Shown here piece after piece: positions 29,401 through 39,476 of a stretch of DNA of 64,000 nt. The notes below the pieces were generated by a model that did not search any database, was not told the DNA's origin, and saw only the letters and a list, made by a program, of their open reading frames with translations. A program made the translations under genes and the position numbers. Origin of the DNA: a virus; IMG/VR virus record IMGVR_UViG_3300043548_000722, positions 32,001-96,000 of that record; one strand, given 5' to 3'. Every line of letters starts with the position of its first letter. The first letter of the stretch is position 1.

Positions 29401-31194
29401 AGTCGCGTCAATCTGTCCCTTGTGGTAGTTGCCATTTCCATCGGCGCCGAATGATATTGCCGAAGTCCCCAGCTCGAAGGCAATTTTATTTCCGGCGACA
29501 CCGAGTACCTGAGCCTTAAAGACCGAGCCGATCTCAAGGTCTGTCCGGAAGACGGTGAACTGGAGTACGTCTCCGGCAGACACGCCCAGCTTCTCGAAGT
29601 CGTCGATGGTGTCTGAGCGCAGAGTGGGACACACTCTCCAGCGAATCCCCTCTCTGCCTGATGGCGCGGTCGCGGACTTAAGAGTGACTGCCCAGAGATT
29701 ACCGCGCCCACCCTCCTCAACTGGGGAGAACCCCTCGAGAAGCTCGTAGGTGGCGACTTCGTGACCTACGCCGTCCAGGACGATTATCCTGTCCTCGAAT
29801 CCTGCTTTTAGATCAATCGAGTAAAGGACCTCTTCTGGAAAGATGGTCCCCTCGATCTTTGCAGAAGTGACAACCCCCGTCAGGCTCTGGTTCAGAGATG
29901 CGATCTCTATAGCAGCTCCTGCCCGAGATCCCGACAAGATGCGTAGACGTGCCCCTTCGACTGAGTCGAGGACATGCCGGCTCTCTAGACGCACTTGAAA
30001 ATTGTCGATCACGTATCCCGTGCCGACCAGTGAAACCGTGTCTAAGGCTGGAAGACTTGCTTCGCCCTGCGGAATGTAGACGGTATTTGTGAACGCAGTT
30101 TGAGGGCTCTTAAAGCTGGCCCGGACAGACTTGAGAAGCCGGTACTTAATGTTTGAGGCGCGTACCGGCATCGGCGTGATCAGGCGAAGTCTCGTCGTCG
30201 ACAAGACCTCACCCACTGCGTAGTAGCCAGCATTCGCACCGATAAGAACCTGAAGGTAGTCTCCGGCCTTTGCTGCTGCGAAGGGCGCGGCGCTGTCGTA
30301 CACCTCGAAGTAAGATGAGGCGTCTACGACGAGTGTTGTGCCAGAAGCGATCTCCTCCCGCCCAGCAAACGGAACCTCATCTGAAACAATGTAGCCAGAC
30401 GCATCTGCATTGATGCGGTTGATCAAGTACTGCCCACGGCTTGTGCCGGAGAACAGTGTCATCGTCGTCCCAATGGCACGGACGGTGGTGGGTCCGGAGA
30501 CCAGCACCTCCTTTGCTGAGATAACGACTGCGCTTGCGACGAATGTCACAGAACCCGTGAAGGCTCCGGATCCACTCTGGGACCCTCCATACACAATGTC
30601 GAGAGTATCTGGATCAAGTTTAAGAGCTGGTGAATAATTCAGCCATTTCTTCTGGAATAGCGGCTGAATTGTAGCAATTGATTTTGCGCGATCGATCTGA
30701 ATCGCGCGCAAAAAGTCAGAAGCGACAGCCTGTGTCATTCCGGACCATACGATCGGAAAAATCTCTCGATCGTTAACCAGACTCCAGAAGTCGGAAAGCA
30801 CGTCAAACATGAACGTGCCGTCCACATCTACTCGCTTTACCGCAGGAACAACGGCAGGAGAGAAGAACACGGACGCTGTGACCGTGTCGCTCCTGACTCC
30901 GTCTGCCTCTACATAAAGAGAGACGGTATATGTTCCAGTGAGGTCTCCCTCAAGATCTACCGCCTTTTCCGAGTTCTCTGACAGGTCCAGGGCGGCTGCG
31001 CTATCGACCGGCCGTGCAGAAAGTGACCAAAATAGCGTAAGGTTGTCGTAGGAACCCTGGACAGTCGAGCCCGCACCGCTGAACTGCACACGAGACCCGA
31101 CAATCCCTGTCGCCTCACTGGGAGTGATTTGAGCAACCGGCTTTGCTCTGAAGGGCTCTACAGCAAAGCGATGAGTCTCGGTTGCTCTACTCAT
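26422..31194 (-). CDS. Baseplate wedge-associated structural protein (N-terminal PKD/Ig-like domain, repeated beta modules)
   Basis: 1590 aa; PVAQI...G..VQFSG.GS...W...GTYTVSL PKD pattern; FLNRIRPIYT segment reminiscent of gpI-like wedge proteins. Confidence 0.6.
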   Translation of the reverse strand: MSRATETHRFAVEPFRAKPVAQITPSEATGIVGSRVQFSGAGSTVQGSYDNLTLFWSLSARPVDSAAALDLSENSEKAVDLEGDLTGTYTVSLYVEADGVRSDTVTASVFFSPAVVPAVKRVDVDGTFMFDVLSDFWSLVNDREIFPIVWSGMTQAVASDFLRAIQIDRAKSIATIQPLFQKKWLNYSPALKLDPDTLDIVYGGSQSGSGAFTGSVTFVASAVVISAKEVLVSGPTTVRAIGTTMTLFSGTSRGQYLINRINADASGYIVSDEVPFAGREEIASGTTLVVDASSYFEVYDSAAPFAAAKAGDYLQVLIGANAGYYAVGEVLSTTRLRLITPMPVRASNIKYRLLKSVRASFKSPQTAFTNTVYIPQGEASLPALDTVSLVGTGYVIDNFQVRLESRHVLDSVEGARLRILSGSRAGAAIEIASLNQSLTGVVTSAKIEGTIFPEEVLYSIDLKAGFEDRIIVLDGVGHEVATYELLEGFSPVEEGGRGNLWAVTLKSATAPSGREGIRWRVCPTLRSDTIDDFEKLGVSAGDVLQFTVFRTDLEIGSVFKAQVLGVAGNKIAFELGTSAISFGADGNGNYHKGQIDATDLERMSRELAIPTVTLSESGEALYTESALDIYEIFHSREFRNSYQNLPLDPTTNISLTGFFDIQISPTRVIRNTRIPLDPSGEAEEPVYSIPALFEYISPERVESQGSSTILIHEDDTTSSLSRLPIKLSENNDFSITGTEHRGTALTTRARSPVVGIADYSLVFHGIRPGDELEILTGLSQGTYAITSVTSERELRVSPRVADGLFPVADQQSIEYVIRRRGQGRFIEFSSRFTPSSPAPETLWAPLTLIDNFKYIEDNFGVLVNITKADLDAYGTTQISYRAAVAGLMYAWASGPTLRSAEIGAHILLDLPVTEKPSEIVQIDPEYTDLYGRVITEELDAEGLGTGIFSVFRYPRSDLYSIEKFKGLGINPLTGSVFAVGDFLPPFTPLTNAVILTDNVVSPTWWREYSAVPGEVELRKYHTWQAEIDVRAVDSRDIPLATEFLNRIRPIYTKPQIVAVLSLLDSVTVDARPTLGMDLHLMDDPAFSTESTRAFDDLNGSGQALRRFDFGSRSTRTLFQGDDLEFEAGSDTVTSARGGFSGDVTSLPRINSAFPGEVTVFGRNLIQAGDRLVIISGPNRGMYIVAEVVSDTELRIDEDADSTPYTKPISSLAADSAAQFQVLRDDSHIIYEGTSFAVDSTFGDDAEFFEHHVLRDDNAAFRSSGVTADDRVIILSGPNRGVYVIQDLGVFDWALYATSNTGTPDLFADQETALTLATPLPDPDESAEYRIERWSLTKNPVYSGSASTATLGVSVIEIADIDLKNVEREDTLYDTDTGAAYKIVAIYGDQVFLSRPVERLIENVEIRKQVYEEFDGDTDPRLERLMGYDDIEIDIYRPLTVVDAAGPVTLSGSTLTGSFAASAGDLLVVAPSAGSLSHGVYTIAEVDGGTITIDGIFPADEAAIVSTYTPAVGFDIDGTAVVTISDASHDIEELGVRPGDFFEFDYGTDHFLFPIIEVNSATQFTIAEMTPEPASVIGRIFRKETPSQGKR

Positions 31195-33476
31195 TAGGCG
31201 GTGTCCGTGAGGTCGATGAACACGTTGGCTTTCGCGCCGTAGATTTTACTCTCTAGTACCGATCGTGGCGACTGGAGAGTGACGGCGTAATCGTATCCAG
31301 ATCCGAGGCCAACCGCCGCCGAACGAAGGTTGACTGACATACGATTGTACACTGAACCGAACTTTAGGGTGGGAATCGAGCCAATCGATACGGTCTTGCC
31401 GTCCAGAATGTTGTCCACCGTGGCGCGCTTCGCGGACCCGCTGTCTGCCCATGGGATGTCAATGCTGGGCTCCTCTTCAAAGTCAATGAAGAGTCTGACG
31501 CTCTTGCCAGGCAAAATCACAAGAAGGTATGTGTGCTCTACGGAGAGGTCAATCGGTGCTGAGATCAGTCTTCCGACTTCGGACTCTGGGTTGAGTACCT
31601 CCAGAACATCTTGTGTGTCCTGGCTCACGAATACGAAAGTCTCGGATCGATCTTCTGCCGTTACAAACTGGAGCTGAACGAAGGTGTCTGCCGCGCTGGC
31701 GCGCACTGCCATCAGCGCGGCACTCGCCATGCGAACTGGATCCACCTGCTCAAGCTGGTCTACGATCTCCACGATCTTGGCCTGGGCGAATACCGCGATG
31801 CCAGTGACATACTCTGTATATTCGTCCGCAGTAAAGGAGATGTGGTAAAACCCGACGAGATCACTTGCGTCCGGCTCGATTACAGCCACGTCGTCTACAA
31901 TTGAGACTGGCGCGGAGCCTTCGTAGGTCCAAGCAGAAAAGTCTCCTGCGTAGGCGACTTCCTTTACGGGCATGAAAATAAAGTTCTCAATCGCAAAGAT
32001 GCCGTCGAAGTAGACTGACCCCAGGTCCTCTTGATCGAGGAATCCGATGTCAAAACGCGCGAGACCCTGTGCGTCGCTGAGGCCACTAAGGTCCGTGCTG
32101 GTAAAAGAACCGCCGATGACGAGCTCGGCCGCTGTCGGGGCGATGGAGCAGAGAACTTGCGTCCCATCAAACACAGTCAAAATAAACGGCGCCGTCTCAC
32201 TCCAGTCAACCTCTGCCGTCTCGTAGTTCTCTGTGATCAGGCGGTTGTTGGAGCCGAGCGCATTCGTGTACATGCCGAAGGACGTGGTTCCGTCGTTCAA
32301 GAAGCGAAACTTGAGCGCATCCACTCCATTACTGATGTCAAAGCCCATGCCTATATTGTAGGAGCCGCCATGTTCTTCTTGTTGCGGGCGTCCACGAAAG
32401 AACACCAGCCACTTTGAGGTCTGAAGCTGCGGCTCTTCAGATCTCAACCTGGAGTTGGTGGTCTCATTAGCGGTCAGCAGTAGTAAGTCTGTGTCCGGGA
32501 TCCAGGAGGCTGACTCTCTCCTCATCCGGGAGACATCCGCCTGACTCGCTGCAATCAGACAGCCGGATGCCTCTGCTGTCCCTTCCTGAAACGCCTCCAC
32601 TCCTCCCGCAGAGACCAGGGTCTCACCGTGCTCTTCCAGGAGCATGGAGTAGAGGTACGCCTCCCCTACGCGCTCTTGATCCAATCCAAAAAAGACGCTG
32701 GACCCCGCGCTGGGGTTTTGAGACTCAACCAGGCCAATACGCGCGGTAGGAATGAACTTTCCAAGCGCACTGATTGGCTCGTCAAACAGCCGAGTCTCCT
32801 CTTTTGTGGTCTCGTCGGTGACTGTCACAATCGCCCGAGCCAGGTATCCCGACGCCTCGAAGAAGATGCGGAACGAGTGCGTGGCCGCTGACCAGTCGAA
32901 GTTCACGGTCTGATTGACGGCCCGCACCCCCGAGGAGTCCGCGGGACCCGTGATTCGGACGTACTTTGTCCCAGCGGAATCACCGCAGAAAACAAAGATC
33001 CCGGTGCTGCGGTCCCAGTGGATGTAGCCAAACAACACGCCGTTGTAGTCCGTGTCGCTCAGGTAGGCAGCTGGTCCGGCTGAGGGGATGACAGGTACTG
33101 CGAAACGAAGTTCGCACCCGACAGGCGCGTCCTTTGTCACATCTCCGTGGAGAAAGAGCACGTTTGATGACTTGACTGCCGAGGCGCTTGCGATGCTTAG
33201 CACCGCATCGCCCGAAACATTTTCAAACGTGAGATCTGCACGGTTGTTGTTTCTTTCAATCGGGAGAGAATCGCTGAAGACGTCAAAGACATACGGCTCG
33301 CTGAGCGGAAGCTCTGTCTCGTTCGGCGGATCAAAGACAGCCTTCGCAAACGTAACGAAGCCGTAGACCTCCCCGGGGTCCACCTGGTAATCGTCGTCCC
33401 GCACGCCAAAGTAGATCGGCAGTGTGGGGGAGAACTCCTCACCTTCGGCGGGAGTGCGGTTGACGACGTTAGGCAT
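31194..33476 (-). CDS. Structural protein (beta-sandwich rich)
   Basis: Likely start ATG 33476 (MPNVVNRTP), overlapping the baseplate J stop with a GGAG RBS; track start 33644 is probably an over-extension. Confidence 0.65.
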   Translation of the reverse strand: MPNVVNRTPAEGEEFSPTLPIYFGVRDDDYQVDPGEVYGFVTFAKAVFDPPNETELPLSEPYVFDVFSDSLPIERNNNRADLTFENVSGDAVLSIASASAVKSSNVLFLHGDVTKDAPVGCELRFAVPVIPSAGPAAYLSDTDYNGVLFGYIHWDRSTGIFVFCGDSAGTKYVRITGPADSSGVRAVNQTVNFDWSAATHSFRIFFEASGYLARAIVTVTDETTKEETRLFDEPISALGKFIPTARIGLVESQNPSAGSSVFFGLDQERVGEAYLYSMLLEEHGETLVSAGGVEAFQEGTAEASGCLIAASQADVSRMRRESASWIPDTDLLLLTANETTNSRLRSEEPQLQTSKWLVFFRGRPQQEEHGGSYNIGMGFDISNGVDALKFRFLNDGTTSFGMYTNALGSNNRLITENYETAEVDWSETAPFILTVFDGTQVLCSIAPTAAELVIGGSFTSTDLSGLSDAQGLARFDIGFLDQEDLGSVYFDGIFAIENFIFMPVKEVAYAGDFSAWTYEGSAPVSIVDDVAVIEPDASDLVGFYHISFTADEYTEYVTGIAVFAQAKIVEIVDQLEQVDPVRMASAALMAVRASAADTFVQLQFVTAEDRSETFVFVSQDTQDVLEVLNPESEVGRLISAPIDLSVEHTYLLVILPGKSVRLFIDFEEEPSIDIPWADSGSAKRATVDNILDGKTVSIGSIPTLKFGSVYNRMSVNLRSAAVGLGSGYDYAVTLQSPRSVLESKIYGAKANVFIDLTDTA

Positions 33477-36400
33477 TCCCGCTCCGCGCACGGACAAGGA
33501 TGCGCTCCTGGCCAGTGCCTGGGTCTGTCGAGGTAGGCGTACCCGGAATGTAGAACGTCGTCCTGTGCGACCCGTGGAACGTACCTTCGGAGAGACCGAT
33601 CGAGTCGTCCGACCTCGAAAGGATGCGACGACGGTCCAGGTCATGCGTCACGATCTGGAGGATGATCGGGTGCTTGTACGAGGTGACGTTATTGGAATGT
33701 AAGAATTTCTCGATCTTGGATACGTCCAGGATCTCGTTCGGGTCAAGGCCGTTAATGTAGTTGGCAATCTCGGCCGCCATCTTCGTTCGGTTTCCGCCCG
33801 TGGCCTCGATGTCTACGTAGACGAAGGAGGGCAGGAAGTGCCGAGCCAGCGGATCCGCGCAAAGAGTGCGGTTGAGGTTCGAGGACAGGAGAGCCTGCAC
33901 TCGCCCGACTTCCGCAGAGAACTCGTGCTGAACAACGAAACTTGCGCCGTTGAGGTTGACCCTGTTCTCTGCGAGATCATCGAGGTCGTTGGGCAAGAAC
34001 GAGGCCGACATGTAGATCTTGCACTGCTCAGCCGCGCTGTAGGAGTAAAGCGGGTCTACGACCTCCATTCGGTAGCCATCGGAGTCGTAGGTTCCGAAGA
34101 TTGGCGTCATATGCGTGTCTTTCGGAATGTTGTAGACCGGGCGACCTCCCAGAGAGAACGCACGTACGTCCATGAAAAAGAGTCCGCTCTCGGTGCCCTG
34201 ACCGCGCATCTCGGTTGAGGAGAGGTGGACACAGTGGGGACGGACGATCTCGTAAGGCTGCTTCACACCGCGCACGGGACCCAGTCCCTCCAGGTCTCGC
34301 TGACGCGCATAGCCTACGTCAATCGAGCCGCCCTGGTAGATCGCCCGAACTCGCGAGGTCAGCCTATCGGACGAGGGATGCACCGTCGCAACACGCCACA
34401 CGGACGGCGTCCCGCTGTAGATGCGGATGGGGCGTAGCCCAACCATTTCGGCGCCCCCGTCGATTGCAGATTCCTCAAGCTCATCCACTGGGGCACTCAC
34501 GATAGCCCAATGAACTCCTGTCTCTTCGAACCCGAAGTTGTTTCTATCAAGCGTTGCAGTTTGCCCACTGGTAGACACTGCGGTGATCTGGTAACTACCG
34601 TCAACACCCGAGTAATTTGAGAGATAGATCGTTAGGTACCTTCCAACGTCGGATGCAGTAAACGGATTATTAGAGTCCTGGATCGTCGCTGTCCCGGCCG
34701 TAATCCCTCCCTCGTTTCCACTTTTGAGGATCGGTGTGGTTCCTACCGGAAGTGGCCGGTCCAGTGCCAGGTACTCGTCGCCTACTTCGACGACTGTGTA
34801 TCCGCCTTCCCCATCCCCCTCCTCAATAAATACAAAGTCTCCTACATGAACCACGTCCTGGTCATCTCCTGAGCTCGGTGACAGGAATGTAAAGTCAGGA
34901 ATACCGAGCTGAAGTCGAGGCAGTCGTATAATGTTCGAATTGGTCTGAGTTATGACCGCAACTACGCGATCCATCTTCGGAGTTGGCAGAGCACCAACAA
35001 CTTCGAGGAGTGTGCGCTGCTCGTAGATCCGAACGAAGTCGGAGCCCGGCTGCACTCCCGAAGTCAGGAAGGCGGACAGGAGCGCATCAGATGGCTCAAG
35101 CTCAAATGAGTCGGATGCTGTTGTATGCGCTGTCAGCGTCACGTCTCGAGGAAGGTCTACGGGCGTAAGCGGACCTGTCCTTGATGCGCCAGGAAATACC
35201 TGACGGGAGGGCTCGGTTCCTGCCGCGACGAATAGAAGTTCCTCGGCTCCGGTAGGGACTGAGAACAGGGTCGGCGCGTGGGGATGGAAGAACCGGCGGG
35301 TTTCCTCACCATTCTCCGTCCACACATAGTCGGTGCAGGAACTGGGCCCGTACACAGTTACCGACGTGGGTTCTGTGAAGTAGAGCCGCACAATCTGTTC
35401 TGCAGTCGGCCGCGCGACCACGTAGGAGTCAAAGAACCCAGCCACCATCTTCTTCAAGACAGAGCCCGGGTTGACGACGAACTCAGACGGCACGTCGTAG
35501 CCTGCCGAGGAGAGCGTCTGGAACAGCCAGCTAAAGGACTCCTGCACAAGCTGCCACGGATTGACTGGATCTCCGACACGCGGGCCAGAGGCAATTGAGG
35601 CGGTGACGTTGAAGGAAGGAGGAGACAGGCTGAGGGCCGGAGCGGTACGCGGCACAAACTCGGACAGGCCCACGAATGGGTTGACCGGAAACTCGTTCTT
35701 GATCTTTACAATCGAAAACGTGTAGGCCACTCGCTCGTCAAGATAGTCGTCAGACGTGCTCGAGCCACTCGTCGAGACGATGCACCCGCCGTGATACACC
35801 TTGTAGGTGTAGACCTTGTCGATCACGTACGAGCCTGCATTGGCGCCGTGATCGATGGTTAGGATGTCCCCCGGCTTGGCGCGAGAAAGTGCAGCGGGCG
35901 TATTCCGCAGCTCACCGTTGTTGTACTGGTCCATCGCGTCTGCGAAAGACACCTCATTGGTGAACAGCGCCTTCCAGTCAAACTCCGGGGTTGCGAGGAA
36001 GATGTTGTTGCAGCCGTCAAAGAGCGCCTTCGGGACAAGGATCTCGTACTGTGCCAGGATCGTCTGGGTCGCAAAGTCGTCGATGTCGCGCATCGTAAAG
36101 GGGGAGAACAGGTCGAAGAACGCTCGGAAATCGTCCCCAAGAGAGAACTGATCCGTAAGGTCTACGAGCCACTCCCGAATGGCAAACAGGAAGTCCTTTG
36201 CTGCATCAGGAAGCGCGAGGCTGAGATGCGTCTGGACTGAATGCCCAGTCGTCGAACCGGGGTCAGAGAACAGCGTCAATACACCGACGTAGTCCTCGTC
36301 CGAAGGCAGGCACTCATCGCTGTAGCAGGTCCCGGGCCTTTCCGAGTACTGGGTGATGGTAACGAGGTCCGCTGGCTTGATTGTCCCGTCTGGAGACCTC

Positions 36401-38826
36401 TGACCAGTCCCGCTCTTGGCTCCCGTAGAGTCTACGTCGTAGGCAACGAGACGCACATGTTCTGTCGGGGCCCACTCTGGTCCGGCATCGGGGAACACAA
36501 ACCCATTGAGACCCCTGAAGACCTCTTTTGCACCAGAAAATCCATCCACAGCGCGGGCGCCCACAGGAAGTGCAGGAGGGACGGCGTATCCAGAGGACTG
36601 TCCTCCGGCTGCCTGCACAACCATGCCGTTTGGCGCGATGCGGATCAATGGTCGGCTAAGGCCTGTGCCGGCCGCGTACACTCGATACGAGACGTTCGAG
36701 TCTGTTGCCGTCATTGGCACTTCTAAAATAGGACCTCTACCGCCCAGAGTAGGATCAAACCCGACAATACGATATTCTCCAGTGTTATTACCGTCCAGAA
36801 TCTCAAGTACACTGCCTGGGCCCACGTTGTAGGAGACCAGGTCTGTGTCCACACGCACAGTCGACGAACCGATGACTGTACGAAGATCCGCAGCAGTAGC
36901 ACCAGCAAAAGGAAAGAGAGGAGCCTTTGGAGTAAAGGCGTCAACGACCACCTCCGACACAATACGGAAGCGATAGTCGCCACCGAGGACAGTCATGGCG
37001 GTGTCCAGAGTGAGTTCTGGGCCCCGCACATCCATGATTTTGTATGTCCCGGTATCGGGTCCGTTAACTACTGTAAGTGTCATTCCCCGCGAGACGCCGA
37101 TCTCCTCCCAGAGCGTCTGCTCAACGGCCACAAGTGTTGCCGTTGCAGACGATGTGAACCCAATGACGTACGCTGGGGCAGTCCACTCGTTATCTGAGGT
37201 AAGGCCGACCAGGTCGATGTAGTGGTTTCCTGCGACCGTTGAGACCGTGTACGCGAGACCGGCGGTGTCTTCCTCGATCGTAGTGCCGTCCGAAGAGAAA
37301 TGAATCACTTCTCCCGTCAGGAAGGACCCACTGACGGCCGCGAGTCGCAGCCGTAAACGCGCGTTTACTTTGTTGGCAGCAGCCCGGTAGTCTGTCAGCT
37401 CAGACGGCAGTTCGTCCGCCGACACGGTAAACAGGTCGTCGCTTTCGTAGACGCTGACTTCGCTGGATGCGGAAGACAGTGTGGAGACCGCTGTGGATGA
37501 GCGTGTCGGGCGCACATACACATCGTAGTGACCGCCGATGTGTACCTGGTCGTCGCGAATGACGATCTCATCCCCTTCATCGGGATTGGTGATGCCACCG
37601 GGAATGCCGGAGATCCGCAGTTCTGCGCGATCATAGGCGGCAGCGAACACCCCGGGCAGCAGCCCCGGGATGGCAGAGCCTGGGGGCGAGTCTACCTCTG
37701 GCGCTCGATTAAGGCGCAGAAGATAGATTGTCGGGATGCCCTCAAGGTCCTCAGAGCTTTCGTAGAGGACCTCCTCCACGACGAACCTCTGGTTCTCTAC
37801 GCCAGCCCCATAGAGGAACTTCCAGAAATTGAGATCGATCTGTCCGCCGTCACGGATCCTACGCCGACCGTCTCTGCCCTTGTTCTCGAACATGGAGAGG
37901 AGGATCATGTACCGGCCGAGGATGAGACTCATCCCCGAACAGATCACATCGCCGCCGCCGGAACCCGTGATCTTGTCTCTCTGCATTTCTGGATCGCCAA
38001 ATCCAACGACCTCCAGATTTCGCACAGACGGAAACTCGGAGAAGATCCTGGCTCGGATACCGCGACGCGTGTTGAGGCTGCGCTCCGTCAGAGCAGTCTG
38101 CGTCCTTGCGAGCAGTTGCTCAGAGGATTCTGCGGTCTCCCCATTGGTAAACGAGAACAGGTTGGTCACACGGACCGCTGCGGGAACTCCCGTAATTGTA
38201 CTTAAGGAGTTGGCAGAAATGTTGTAGGCATCTCCTGGCAGCTCTGCAATCACGCCTACATCAACGTAGAAAAACTGACCAGATCTCTGCGCCGCCACTA
38301 CTTCAGGTCGAAAGAACTGAGGAACGCGGGGAAAGAAACTAAGACCGCTCGCACTTCGAATCTGTGTCGTAGAAAGGATGCTAACAAATGTAGGCTGTGA
38401 AAAGAAGATCCGCGCTGTCCCGGAGGCCCTCGATCCGGGTTTCCGGGAGACAAAGAAGTTCGCGGCTAGGTCTTCCGCGTCCTCAATCCGAAGAGTTGAT
38501 GCGTTCCTAGCGGACTGTGAGCTTCGAATGATCTGAAGTTCCCTCTTCAGCGCCTCCATGAGGAGCTGTAGCGGACGAATGACGATGTCAACAATAGCAG
38601 TGCCGTCCTCAACGGACAGCGTGGGATACTCCTGCCGTAGTCGCGTCTTGAGAAACTCCTCAATATCCATGTCAAACGGGTCAGTCGAAAGTGCCCGAAA
38701 TATTGGATCAATTACCTGGAGATAAAGGCTTCCATTCTCAGAGGAATCTAGCGACGGGTCAAATGCCTCAAGACGCTCAACCAAGAGGTCTCGAATCTGC
38801 TGAGCCTGAGATGATGTGTTGGCCAT
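33469..38826 (-). CDS. Baseplate J-like wedge protein, greatly extended (1785 aa)
   Basis: FFVSRKPGSRASGTARIFF...G..F...V.AELPG.AYNI.....I......VTN..F.NG...ES.EQL..R, the baseplate J/gp47 pattern. Confidence 0.8.
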   Translation of the reverse strand: MANTSSQAQQIRDLLVERLEAFDPSLDSSENGSLYLQVIDPIFRALSTDPFDMDIEEFLKTRLRQEYPTLSVEDGTAIVDIVIRPLQLLMEALKRELQIIRSSQSARNASTLRIEDAEDLAANFFVSRKPGSRASGTARIFFSQPTFVSILSTTQIRSASGLSFFPRVPQFFRPEVVAAQRSGQFFYVDVGVIAELPGDAYNISANSLSTITGVPAAVRVTNLFSFTNGETAESSEQLLARTQTALTERSLNTRRGIRARIFSEFPSVRNLEVVGFGDPEMQRDKITGSGGGDVICSGMSLILGRYMILLSMFENKGRDGRRRIRDGGQIDLNFWKFLYGAGVENQRFVVEEVLYESSEDLEGIPTIYLLRLNRAPEVDSPPGSAIPGLLPGVFAAAYDRAELRISGIPGGITNPDEGDEIVIRDDQVHIGGHYDVYVRPTRSSTAVSTLSSASSEVSVYESDDLFTVSADELPSELTDYRAAANKVNARLRLRLAAVSGSFLTGEVIHFSSDGTTIEEDTAGLAYTVSTVAGNHYIDLVGLTSDNEWTAPAYVIGFTSSATATLVAVEQTLWEEIGVSRGMTLTVVNGPDTGTYKIMDVRGPELTLDTAMTVLGGDYRFRIVSEVVVDAFTPKAPLFPFAGATAADLRTVIGSSTVRVDTDLVSYNVGPGSVLEILDGNNTGEYRIVGFDPTLGGRGPILEVPMTATDSNVSYRVYAAGTGLSRPLIRIAPNGMVVQAAGGQSSGYAVPPALPVGARAVDGFSGAKEVFRGLNGFVFPDAGPEWAPTEHVRLVAYDVDSTGAKSGTGQRSPDGTIKPADLVTITQYSERPGTCYSDECLPSDEDYVGVLTLFSDPGSTTGHSVQTHLSLALPDAAKDFLFAIREWLVDLTDQFSLGDDFRAFFDLFSPFTMRDIDDFATQTILAQYEILVPKALFDGCNNIFLATPEFDWKALFTNEVSFADAMDQYNNGELRNTPAALSRAKPGDILTIDHGANAGSYVIDKVYTYKVYHGGCIVSTSGSSTSDDYLDERVAYTFSIVKIKNEFPVNPFVGLSEFVPRTAPALSLSPPSFNVTASIASGPRVGDPVNPWQLVQESFSWLFQTLSSAGYDVPSEFVVNPGSVLKKMVAGFFDSYVVARPTAEQIVRLYFTEPTSVTVYGPSSCTDYVWTENGEETRRFFHPHAPTLFSVPTGAEELLFVAAGTEPSRQVFPGASRTGPLTPVDLPRDVTLTAHTTASDSFELEPSDALLSAFLTSGVQPGSDFVRIYEQRTLLEVVGALPTPKMDRVVAVITQTNSNIIRLPRLQLGIPDFTFLSPSSGDDQDVVHVGDFVFIEEGDGEGGYTVVEVGDEYLALDRPLPVGTTPILKSGNEGGITAGTATIQDSNNPFTASDVGRYLTIYLSNYSGVDGSYQITAVSTSGQTATLDRNNFGFEETGVHWAIVSAPVDELEESAIDGGAEMVGLRPIRIYSGTPSVWRVATVHPSSDRLTSRVRAIYQGGSIDVGYARQRDLEGLGPVRGVKQPYEIVRPHCVHLSSTEMRGQGTESGLFFMDVRAFSLGGRPVYNIPKDTHMTPIFGTYDSDGYRMEVVDPLYSYSAAEQCKIYMSASFLPNDLDDLAENRVNLNGASFVVQHEFSAEVGRVQALLSSNLNRTLCADPLARHFLPSFVYVDIEATGGNRTKMAAEIANYINGLDPNEILDVSKIEKFLHSNNVTSYKHPIILQIVTHDLDRRRILSRSDDSIGLSEGTFHGSHRTTFYIPGTPTSTDPGTGQERILVRARSGNA

Positions 38827-38837
38827 GAGCGATCCTA

Positions 38838-39476
38838 CTATACTGAAAGACCCGCGACAATCGCATTTCCGTCTTCTGCGACAATACGGAGCCTGATGTC
38901 CAGGGACAACGAAGTGCTGTCGAACGAAGAGCCGAGAAGCTCTATGTTTCTAACTCTCCGCGATGATGGGAGGTCCGCTCTGCGAGACTGAGCCCTCCGC
39001 AGCGCAGAGAGTGCGGCACGAACCTTATCCTCTATAAGTCCGACCTGTGAACTTCGCTGTGGATCAGTCCCTAGAATAGATAACAGACCTCCACCGGCGT
39101 TGGGCGTAAAGATGTCAGATCCAGGACTCGTAAACAGGTACTTCAAAACAAACTGCACGATTTCATTAGAAGGATTTGACTGTGACGACGGAGTTAGGGA
39201 CTCGAAACTAATTATGGACGCATCATAGTCAGCCTGAGAGATCTTAAGGACGTTGAGCGTACGGATCGGGGAGCCAAGCTCCGACTCTGGGATGTCTGCA
39301 ATAACATGTGAGTCGTTAAGAACGACATATACTGGGCTTCGAACGCCGTTGATGAGAACAGCGGAGATTCCCTGAAACCCGGTGCCCTTGATGTCTAGGG
39401 AAAACCCCCCATTGAAGAAGTCAAGGCCGACAACTCTTGCGACTTCTTGATACTGAAGGAGCGGAAAATCCATCAC
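38838..39476 (-). CDS. gp25/GPW-like baseplate protein with N-terminal IPT/TIG-like domain
   Basis: IKGTGF....V.ING N-terminus; LFTSPGSDIFTPNAGGGL..IL motif; directly upstream of baseplate J. Confidence 0.7.
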   Translation of the reverse strand: MMDFPLLQYQEVARVVGLDFFNGGFSLDIKGTGFQGISAVLINGVRSPVYVVLNDSHVIADIPESELGSPIRTLNVLKISQADYDASIISFESLTPSSQSNPSNEIVQFVLKYLFTSPGSDIFTPNAGGGLLSILGTDPQRSSQVGLIEDKVRAALSALRRAQSRRADLPSSRRVRNIELLGSSFDSTSLSLDIRLRIVAEDGNAIVAGLSV

